64,000 bases of DNA from Vulcanimicrobiota bacterium (GTDB lineage: Bacteria > Vulcanimicrobiota > Vulcanimicrobiia > Vulcanimicrobiales > Vulcanimicrobiaceae), in the NCBI GenBank assembly GCA_963733295.1, contig CAVTCS010000003.1, forward strand, positions 1,984,001 through 2,048,000, in the 5' to 3' direction. The position numbers were made by a program, and so were the translations under genes. Below the pieces are notes generated by a model. That model searched no databases, had not been told where the DNA came from, and was given only the letters and a program-made list of their open reading frames with translations. This document shows positions 52,517-61,836 of the stretch, piece after piece (within the stretch, counting starts at the first letter, position 1; each line of letters begins with the position of its first letter).

Positions 52517-54112
52517 CCTTCAGTTATCCCTTAGGCAACATCTGTCGCTCTACGACGACTGCGGGAATCTCGTCGAGATCCACTTGGAAGCTCGGACTAC
52601 AACTTGCAGCGTCGACCTCTAAGGTCGTTTCAATCTGCGGGGAAACGCTGGCGGTGCAACTCTTGTTGGCGCGATTATCTCACGCAGCTCGTTTCAGTGC
52701 AACCGGTTCAGCTGGAAAGTCCAGGAGATCGCGATAGCCGCGTAACCGTCTCCATGTTGGAGATAACTTGATGATCAACGCGTGCGTGACGGCGGTGGCG
52801 AACTCTGCGGTCCGTAAGCGCTTCATGGCATCGGTCCGGTGACGGATCGGAGCGAAGATTGATTCGATGGGATTGGTGGTTCGCAGATGGATCCACGTCG
52901 CGTGCGGAAAGCGATAATACGCGAAGAGGCGGTTGCGGTCATCGCGCAGGCATGCGGCAGCCTTGGGATACGATCGTTCGTAGGATTTCGCTAGAGATTC
53001 GAGCTTGCGTCGAGCTTCGGCTTCGGTCTCTGCGTGCATGATCGCCGCCATTGCCGCGTGGGCATCGCGTTGGCGTTTCTTCGGGAGCTTTTCCGCGACG
53101 TTACGAATCTTGTGCAACCAGCAGCGCTGCTGAGAGACCTTGGGCCACGCCTTATCGGCTGCCGAGAGCCGCACGCGCCGTCGGCAACCAGGAGCTGCGG
53201 CGCACGCAGCCCGCGACGTGCAAGATCCTCGAAGAGAGCGGTCCAAGCCGCCTCGCTTTGCTCTATCGCCTCGCGTAAAGCCAGCAGTTGCTCGGTCTGA
53301 TTGCGATCGGCTCCCAAGACAACAAGGAAAACGCGGCGTTCGTCGTCTGGACCGGCGCCTAGATACACGCCGTCGGCCCAGGTGAAGATTAGGTCGAGAT
53401 CATCGAGCCGGCGCGTATTCCAGGCCGCAAAGTCGGCTAGGAGCTGTTTGTTCGTTCGAGTGATCGTTGCGGCGGAAAGCGGAGCGTCCTCGCCTAGAAA
53501 CGCGCGCAGCGTGCCTTCAAAATCGCGCGTTGCCAATCCGTCAAGCCAAAGCGCGGTCAAGCTCGCATCGACATTCTGCAAGCGACGACGGTGCTTTGGG
53601 AGAATCGCCGAGCTGAACGAAGCTCTCGGACTCGTGGGCGCCGCACCGCTATCGAGCCGCGGTTGGAAGTGATCACGCGAGCACGATCGTGCCCGTCGCG
53701 ATAACCCAGCTTCGCGTCGGGAGTGCGCCGTCGGTAGCGAAGGCGTTCGAGGGCTTCGTCGACTTCGGCCTCGAGCACCGCTTGGAACAACTCGCTCAGT
53801 TTCGCTCGGCAAACTTCCTCGAGTTGGAGCGTCAGATCGGCCGAGTCGGGCTTGGCAACAGGCACCTGGGTGCGGTAAGATCGTTTCACGGTTGGTGTAC
53901 CTCCTAGATGTTAGCAATCCAAGAGTTACACCGCCGTCTTTTCATTTCCCGGAACGGCTGTCCGGGAATTCCCCCTCAAATCGAAACGATCTCTCTACCT
54001 CTCTGGACTCCATCATGCACCGATCTCATCGCGGATCATCGAGAGTGCGAATAGAAACGTGGCAGAGGCGGCGACTCAGCCTAACGAACTACGATGGCTA
54101 CCTTGACAAAAT
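52517..54112 (+). ncRNA. Putative bridge/seek RNA region (52517-52620 + 54003-54112), split by IS256
   Basis: Stem/internal-loop with strands AATCTCGT and GACTACAA matching the target; second loop with CCAT and ATAGAAA matching the circle junction. Confidence 0.75.
52621..53993 (-). mobile_element. IS256-family element, frameshifted transposase (about 52680-53889)
   Basis: WADGVY, LLVADG, QRCWLHK, LRTTNPIES; terminal IRs 19/25 match; 9-bp TSD TCGACCTCT / TCTACCTCT. Confidence 0.88.
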
Positions 54113-55075
54113 CGGCCTGCTCATAGAAACGAGGTTCGGCCGCATTCATCGCTAAACTATCTCACGCCAAAAGAGTTCGTCGAAAACCTACCTCATCAAC
54201 CAATCCCACAATCGCCGGTGGATTAAGAAATGGGCTCAAACCCATTGGACCAACAACGTTGCCAGAAGATTTCCGGCAATGTTGTGTCGCGAGAATACGC
54301 TTCGTTTCCACTTGATGCAATGGGACTTAGGGCTCGCACGTTCAGAACGTGCTTTGCATCACAACGACCGTTAACAGGCGAGCAACACCGAATGGATTGC
54401 GCCTATTACAAATGTTAGTGGTTCCCTAACGTCGCTAAGATCCTTTCATTCACGCGCGCGGCCACAATACTCTGGTTGATTCCTATCGTCATCCAAGCGT
54501 TCCGCTGCACCCATATCTCCAGCACCGCGCAGAGAGACGCGCCGCTTATCAATCGCTCTGCAAGTCGGCACGTATTCGCCAGCGTCGTTGTAGTTCTAAA
54601 ATATCCCGCGGTGCTTTGTTCGAGAATATGTACTGCGATCTTATGCGAGACAAACGCTTAAGCTAGGGTTGGGTTTGTTCAGCCCCACCCGATTCGTATA
54701 CCAGGGCGATTGCTAGAAAATCGGCTTCTGAGTCTATCTTGATAGCTCAGGCAAAGTGATTTCGGTTGGCATCGAGACTGGCTATGTACTGCTATAAAGC
54801 CCTAGCGGCGCGTACGAGAGACGGCTCTCTTGACGTCCGTGTCGATCTTGACGGTGCTTTCGTATTTGTAGGTCTGAAGAACGATTTAGCGAGGTCCGCA
54901 AACTCAACGCCCCAGGTTGTCCGAGCGAGAAGGCAAAGTAACGGCGCTAAGATAGAGCATTCCGCATTGACTCGTTGGACGATTTTCTTCACGCGGCGAT
55001 TTAGGAATTTTGCCTCTTGGACACACCAGAGCGGGGAAACTAGCGTAGCTTACTCTTTCGGCGACCCGGGCGCAA

Positions 55076-56004
55076 CTATTTCATGTTCGGATCGAGAGCG
55101 TCGCGCAGGCCGTCGCCGAGGTAGTTGATCGCGAGCACCGTTACGAGGATGCAGAGGCCGGGGAAGATCGCAACCCACGGTGCGATCGCCATGTTCGACT
55201 CGGCGTTTGCGAGCATGTTGCCCCACGACGCGGTCGGGGGTTGGATTCCGAATCCGAGAAACGAGAGCGTCGACTCGAGGATGATGACGTTCGCTACCTC
55301 GAGCGTCCCTTGCACGATAATCGGCGCGATCGCGTTGGGCAGCAGGTGCCGGAAGATGATCCGGCCGTCGCGGTTGCCAAGCGCCCGCGCCGCTTCGGCG
55401 AATTCTTTTTCACGCAGAGAAAGGAACGACGCGCGCACCAGACGCGCGACCGGCGGCCACGAGAGGCCGCCGATGATGACAACGATAACGCCGAAGCCGA
55501 GCGAGGCTTTGTTCGATGAAGCGGCCACGATGGCCGTCAGCACGAGCAACAGCGGCAAGAGCGGAATCGAGAGGAAGACGTCGGTGACGCGCATGATCGT
55601 GTAATCCACGATCCCGCCGTAGTAGCCCGCGATCGCACCGAGGACCGTGCCGATCATGAGCTCCATCAAGACGGCGAAGAAGGCGACGGTCAGCGAGATC
55701 TGCGCGCCGTACATCAGACGCGAAAGCAAGTCGCGGCCGTTCTCGTCGGTGCCGAGCAGATGTGCCCGGCGACGCCCGGCGCGAGCGGGTAGCCCGACCA
55801 GTGCGCTTGATCGATGTAGTTCGGATCGGCGGGCGCGAGCCAATGCGCGAGGACCGCGACGAGCGTGATGCACCCGATTACGACCGCGCCGAGGAGCGCG
55901 AGACGGTGGCGCCGGAAGCGCTTCCAGACGCCATGGCGCTCGAGCTGGATTTCGTCTTCGATGATCGGTGCGGGAAGCGCACCGGGAGCAAGCGTCGTTG
56001 CCAT
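55076..56004 (-). CDS. Oligopeptide ABC permease OppC/DppC-like; frameshift near 55762
   Basis: WKRFRRHRLA, LLGTDENGRD, RHLLPN, ESTLSFLGFG, GDGLRDALDP. Confidence 0.88.
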
Positions 56005-56019
56005 TCTTACTCCCCTCGC

Positions 56020-56991
56020 CTAATCGTACTTCACGCGCGGGTCGAGCCACGCGTACGCGACGTCGGCCAGCAGGTTGAAGAGCACGACGAGCACCGAGAC
56101 CATCATCAGGTAACCCATCAGCAGCGAGAAGTCGAACTGTCCCAGCGCGTTGATGAAGAGCCGCCCCATTCCGGGCCATGCGAAGATCGATTCGGTAACG
56201 ATCGCGCCGGCCACGAGACTCGGCAGCGAGAGCGCGATGATCGTCACCAGCGGAATCAACGCGTTCTTCAGGCCGTGACGGAACACGACCTCGGCGGGGT
56301 TCAAGCCCTTTGCCGCCGCGGTGCGCATATAGTCGGTGCGGATGACCTCGAGCATCGAACTGCGCATGAAGCGGCTCCAGGTGGCGATTCCGAGCAGGCT
56401 CAAGACCGCTGCCGGCAAGATGAGATGCTCGATGCGGTCGCCGATGTTGAACTCGTCCAGCGAGGAGATTCCGGCCGAGGGCAGCGCGATGTGGTAGCCG
56501 AACGCGGTGATGCCCGTGACTGCAAACGCCAGCTGCATCATCAGCGCGAACCAGAACACCGGCATCGATTGCCCGAAGAAAGCAAACGTCGTAACGATGT
56601 AGTCGACCGCCGAGTACGGCTTGAGCGCGGCGATGATTCCGAAACCTACACCGATCGCGAGCGAGATCGCGAACGCGGTTCCGATCAGGAGCAGCGTCGC
56701 CGGCAAGCGCTCGAGGATCGCCGTGAGCACCGGCTCGGAATTCGAGGTGGAGTATCCCAGGTCGCCGGTGAGGACCTTACCGAGCCACGCGAAGTACTGC
56801 ACGTAGACCGGCCGGTCTAAACCGAAGTTGTGCTTGAGCCGGATGATGTCGGCCTGCGTGATGTGAGGATTCTGCAAATACGGCGCGAGTGGACCGCCCG
56901 GCGCATTATGCAAAATGTAGAAAAGGATCACCGAGATAAGCAGGAGCAGCGGAATCGCTTGAATGCTCCGGCGAACGACGTAATTAAACAG
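56020..56991 (-). CDS. Oligopeptide ABC permease OppB/DppB-like
   Basis: GDLGYS, DYMRTAAAKG, ESIFAWPGMG, DPRV; conserved N-terminus starts at CTG 56991 after GGAGGG. Confidence 0.9.
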   Translation of the reverse strand: MFNYVVRRSIQAIPLLLLISVILFYILHNAPGGPLAPYLQNPHITQADIIRLKHNFGLDRPVYVQYFAWLGKVLTGDLGYSTSNSEPVLTAILERLPATLLLIGTAFAISLAIGVGFGIIAALKPYSAVDYIVTTFAFFGQSMPVFWFALMMQLAFAVTGITAFGYHIALPSAGISSLDEFNIGDRIEHLILPAAVLSLLGIATWSRFMRSSMLEVIRTDYMRTAAAKGLNPAEVVFRHGLKNALIPLVTIIALSLPSLVAGAIVTESIFAWPGMGRLFINALGQFDFSLLMGYLMMVSVLVVLFNLLADVAYAWLDPRVKYD

Positions 56992-57026
56992 TTGGCACGC
57001 CCTCCGGCGCCTATGAGTCCGCGACC

Positions 57027-57858
57027 TTAGGGTGCCGCGGCGGGTATTCCTGTGAGACCGAGCAAGGCGCGCGCTTCATCCGGCGTCGCGACCGGCCGCC
57101 CTAGCTCGCCGGCAATGCGCGCGACGCGCGCCACCAGTTCTTCGTTCGAAGCGAGCCGCCCCTTCGTATAATAGATGTTGTCCTCGAGTCCGACCCTGAC
57201 GTGACCGCCCATCGCAACGGCGACGGCGGCGAGGGGAAGCTGGTCGCGGCCGATACCGGCGACCGACCAGGTGCACCCGGGCGGCAGATCCCGGATGAGG
57301 TCGACGAGGTGCGGAACGCTCGCGTCGAGCCCGCCCGGGACGCCCATCACAAAATCAAAGTGTTGAGGAAACGCCAGGAGGCCCTCGGCCGCGAGACGCT
57401 TCGCGTTCGAGATGTGTCCGGCGTCGAAGATTTCGAGTTCCGGCCGCACACCGTACCGCTGCATCTCCTTGAGGATGTCGCGCATCAAAGGGAAGCCGTT
57501 CTCGAAGATTTCGTCGCCGAAATTCACGGTGCCGCACGTTAGCGTGGCCATTTCTGGTCCCAGCGCGAGCGGCGCGGTGCGCTCCCTCGCCGACATCCCG
57601 ATCGCCCCGCCTGTGGTGAATTGCACGATGAGATCGCCGGCCGCCCGGATCGCGGCCAGGGCCTGGCGTGAAGCGCGCCGGATCGCTGGTGTTGCTGCCG
57701 TCGTCATTCCGGCAGTGGAGGTGGATGATTGACGCGCCCGCCTCGCGGCAGCGCGCCGCGGTCGCACCGAGCTGCTCCGGGGTGACCGGCAAATGAGGCG
57801 TCTGGGACGGCATCAGCTCGGCGCCCACGGCGGCGACGGTGACGATCAACGGATTCAT
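57027..57858 (-). CDS. kce: 3-keto-5-aminohexanoate cleavage enzyme (BKACE family); frameshift near 57670
   Basis: PLIVTVAAVGAE, GASIIHLHCR, TTGGA, PELEIFDAG, GGHVRVGLEDN. Confidence 0.85.
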
Positions 57859-58075
57859 GAATCACGCTTGGCAACCGTTCGGGTCGTTCCCCCTCCTAAC
57901 GCCAAGCTCGCTCGTTGAGGTGTGCCGCGCGACAGCGAGGAGCCCCCGGTCGGAAGGCAAAACGACCCTAGCCGGAGGCCGCGCCCATTCGCGGTACTCC
58001 GCTTGCCGTATTCCCTTTGGTTTCACACTTCTGCTGTTCGTTCGGACCCGCCCGGGCCGGATCGTGAGGTAAGTC

Positions 58076-59927
58076 TTGAAAGCTAGCCAGATCGTAGCTG
58101 GAATCGCAGCCGCCGCGTTACTCGGCACCGCGCTTCCGCGGGTCGCATCCGCAGAGATGTCCGGGCCCGCCGTCGCGAGCTCGTTACAGTCAAGTTTCGC
58201 TGCGCAGCGCGCGCGGCTGATGCCCTTCGCCGGCTGGGCCAGTCCCGCACGGCAAGTGAACATCATGGTGCACCTGCCGCTACGCAACGAAGCCGAAGCG
58301 GAAAACCTCGCCGCGCAAATGGCCACGCCAGGCTCGCAGGCCTACCATCACTGGTTATCGCGCGACCAGTTCGTCGTCGCGCTACGCCCCGCTTGCATCG
58401 GACATGCGCAACGCGGCGGCAAGTCTCCGCGCGGGTGGATTTAAGATCACGAAGGTCGACTCTCAGTTCGTTTACGCCAGCGCTCCCTCCGCGAGCGTCG
58501 AGCGCTTCTTCAACACACACATCGGCCTCGTGCGTGACGCGAATGTGCTTCGAGTCGATGCGCGCACGCCGATCTCCCTTCCCACGTCGCTGGCAAAGAT
58601 CGGCGCGACGATTATCGGACTCCACGCTTTGCCGCACCCCGTGCCCGCCCATGTCTCTCGCCGCAACGTCTTGGTGAGGCCGGTCTCGAAAACGAATCCT
58701 CTGCAAATCAATCCGGGCGGTTTCTTTCCGGGCGAACTGATGCAGGCGTACGGCAACCCGTCGTACTCGGTCGGGAACGGCGCGGGCATGAGTATCGCAA
58801 TCGTCGGCCTATCCGACTCGACCGATTCCGACAACCAGATGCTGTGGTGCAGTGAAGGGCTCGGACCGGCTTGCGCGACGGGGGGCACGACGCTCGCTCC
58901 GTATCCGACGGTCAACCACTTCGAAGCCGAGGGGTCGATCCCGCCGGACACCGACGGCAACTCTCTTGAAGCGTCGCTCGATGCGCAGATGGCCGGCGGC
59001 ACCGCCGCGGGCGCGATCATCGATCAGTACGCCGATAGCGAGGATGACGCCGGCAACGTGTTCATCGGGGCTTACATGCACATCGTCGATTCGAGCCACG
59101 AAGACATCATCACCACCTCGTACATTTTCCCCGAATGCGAGTTCCTCGGCCCGGGCGCGGCCGATCCGTTATTGGCTAACCACGATGTGTTTCTCCAAGG
59201 GAACCTTCAAGGGCAAACGTTCCTGGTCGCATCGGGTGACAATGGCGCGTACGGATGCGCGTTTCTCGGCGATACGACGAATCCGTCCGTCAACGCGTTG
59301 ACCTCGGATCCCGACTCAACCGGGGTCGGTGGTTCGACCGAATTTGACGTAACCAGCCCCGGTGGGCCACTCAGCACGCAATACGAGGACGAAAGCTCGC
59401 ACTCGGATCCGCCCAATGAGTGGGGCTCAGGCGGCGGGGTCAGCCTAATCTGGCGGGCGCCGCGCTTCCAAAACCTGATCGGCATCAGTCCCGCCGGCGG
59501 GCGGCAACTTCCCGACGTCTCGATGCACATGGGCGGTATCGAATCTCCGTTCACCTTCGACATCATCGCGTTCGAAGGTTCGCTCGGAGGCGTGGTGGGA
59601 ACGAGCTGTTCGTCTCCGGAGTTTGCCGGCACGCTGGCCTCTTCGGCAACCGCGGTGAACGCGAGCCGCGGGGTAAGCGGCGGCTTCAGGTTCGGGAACG
59701 TCAACAACTTCCTGTATTACGAACAGGCTGCCGGAAACGCCGCTAACGTCTATCATCAAAACATTCCCGGCGACAATCTCTTGACCGTGTACAATCCTTC
59801 GAATGGGCTCGGCTATAACCAAGTGATCGGACTCGGGACGATCAACATTCCCGGATTCGATGCGGCACTTGGCTACGCCGGAACGTATCAGGCCGCCGGC
59901 AACCTCGTCACGGCAAGCAATCCCTAG
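58076..59927 (+). CDS. Secreted S53 (sedolisin/kumamolisin) peptidase with pro-domain; frameshift near 58380-58400
   Basis: Signal peptide, LPLRN pro-domain, EASLD, ASGDNG, GTSCSSP, YNQVIGLG. Confidence 0.85.
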
Positions 59928-59967
59928 TCGCACCGAATCGCAACTACCGCCGAATCGAGAGGTTGAC

Positions 59968-61820
59968 GTGAGATCGATCCACCTCGTTTCGGCGGTAGCC
60001 GTGGTGCTCGTCGGCGCGTCGTCGGTGGGCGTGGCATGCGCCCAACGGCGGCGGCCGTATCGGCCTCGATCCCGGCACGCTTCGCCGCGCTACGCGCGAA
60101 AGTGCTGCCTTTTGCCGGCTACGCACGCCCGGCGCAAGCCGTCAATGTCGTGATCCACTTGCCTCTGCGCAATGAAGCGGAAGCCGAGGCACTCGCAGCG
60201 GCGGAGTCGACGCCGAAATCGGCTTCGTATCGCAGGTGGCTGAGCCACGCCCAATTCATGGCGCGGTACGCACCGCTCGATGCCGACATGCGCAGCGCGA
60301 CGGCCGCGCTCCGCAGCGGCGGCTTTACGATCCGCAAAACCGACGCGCAGTTCATCTACGCGACCGCACCGGCCGCCTCGGTCGAGCGTTTCTTCAACAC
60401 GCGGCTCGGGCTCGTGCACGATGGAACCGCGCTTCGCGTCGACGCCAGAACGCCGCTATCGATGCCGCTCCCGCTGATCAAGATCGGCGCGACCGTGATC
60501 GGGCTGCACGCGATTCCGCGTCCCGTTCCCGAGCATGAGGTCATCGGACGCCGGGCTCGAGCGAGCGCAACGCTGCGCGGTTCGCGCCCGAACGCGTTCT
60601 ACGGGCCGCTCGGTCCCTATTATCCCGGCGAATTGTTGCAAGCGTACGGCGAGCCGTCGTACACGGCTTCGAACGGCGCCGGCATGACGATCGCAATCGT
60701 CGGCGCGTCGGACTCGAGCGATGCGGACAACCAGGCCCTCTGGTGCACGTACGGCCTCGGTCCGAACTGCGCGTTGGGCGGCACGACGCTCGCGCCTTTT
60801 CCGACCGTCAATCACTTCGAAGCCCCCGGATCCGACCCGCCCGATAACAACGACGGCCCTTCCCTCGAAGCGGCTCTCGACGCACAGATGGCCGGCGGGA
60901 CGGCCCCCGGAGCGATCATCGACCAGTACGCCGCCGCTCCCGACGACGAACTTTTCCTCGAGACTTTTTCACACATCGTGAATACGAGCCGCGAAGACAT
61001 CGTGACGACTTCGTACGGCATATGCGAGCTCAGCTTCATCGGCGACGTCGCTCCCTTGATCGCGCTCCACGAAGTGTTGCTCCAAGGGAATCTGCAGGGA
61101 CAAACGTTCATCTTCTCATCGGGTGACAACGGCGCGTTCGGGTGCGACTACCTCGGCGACTCCACCGATCCGGCCGTCTCGGCCTACGCGGCCGACCCCG
61201 ACGCTACCGGAGTCGGCGGGACCACCGAGTTCGCGACGACGTACTTCGACAACGGCTACGGTACCGGGTACGCGTCGGAATCGGCGTATTCGTACCCGCC
61301 GCAGCTGTGGGGTTCGGGCGGCGGCGTCAGCGCCATCACGCGCGCGCCGCGCTTCCAAAGCTGGATCGGCATCAGCCCGACCGGCGGCCGCCAAGTCCCC
61401 GACGTCGCGATGCACATGGGCGGTCCGGTCTTTCCGTTTACTGCGGACTTCATCGTGTATGAAGACTTCGTCTACGCCGTCATCGGGACGAGCTGCGCAG
61501 CACCGGAGTTTGCCGGGACGCTCGCTCAAAGCGTGACCGCGGTAAACGCCGGCCGCGGGCTCAGCGGCGGCTTCCTGCTCGGCAACGTGAACAACTTTCT
61601 CTACTACGAGCAAGCCGCGGGCAATGGTTCGACGGTTTTCCACCAGATCGTGCCGGGCGACAACCTCATAACGATCTATCAGCCGCCCGTCTTCAACTTG
61701 CCCGGATACAACCAAGTCATTGGTCTGGGAACGCCGAGTTTACCGGCGTTCGTTGCAGCGCTCGGCTTCGGCGGAACGTACCAGCCCGCAGGCGACACCT
61801 TTACGCCGAGCAATCCCTGA
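59968..61820 (+). CDS. Second S53 peptidase (tandem paralog); frameshift near 60040
   Basis: GTG after GAGG, EAALD, SSGDNG, GTSCAAP, YNQVIGLG. Confidence 0.87.
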
Positions 61821-61836
61821 CGGCCGGCGCAGCGAT

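Larger units (their letters stand above)
51348..54127 (+). mobile_element. IS110-family, IS1111-type element (1398 bp once IS256 and one TSD copy are removed)
   Basis: Perfect 12-bp subterminal IRs ATGAGCAGGCCG (51355-51366) / CGGCCTGCTCAT (54113-54124), 7 and 3 bp from the ends; removal restores IS3 orfB exactly. Confidence 0.9.
50258..54244 (+). mobile_element. IS3-family (IS407-group-like) element, 1207 bp once the nested IS110 is removed
   Basis: IRs (c/t)GGGTTTGAGCCC..TCCA..ATTGTGGG at both ends; orfA from 50333; A6C slip site 50587-50593; orfB WGLDF..DNGPE..ESFN..WLVDY(51347) resumes NEVRPHSSLNYLTPKEF at 54128. Confidence 0.9.

Noticed and set aside
52650..53935. 16-bp inverted pair as the IS256 termini
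   Set aside because: No flanking TSD; outer IRs at 52621/53993 have a 9-bp TSD, so the pair is internal
53993..54028. Possible IS3 right end (RC TGAG..AGTCCA)
   Set aside because: A much better IR ends at 54244, directly after the resumed orfB stop
57859..58075. Riboswitch (lysine, cobalamin or c-di-GMP) between kce and S53
   Set aside because: No recognisable conserved core; an Rfam scan would be needed
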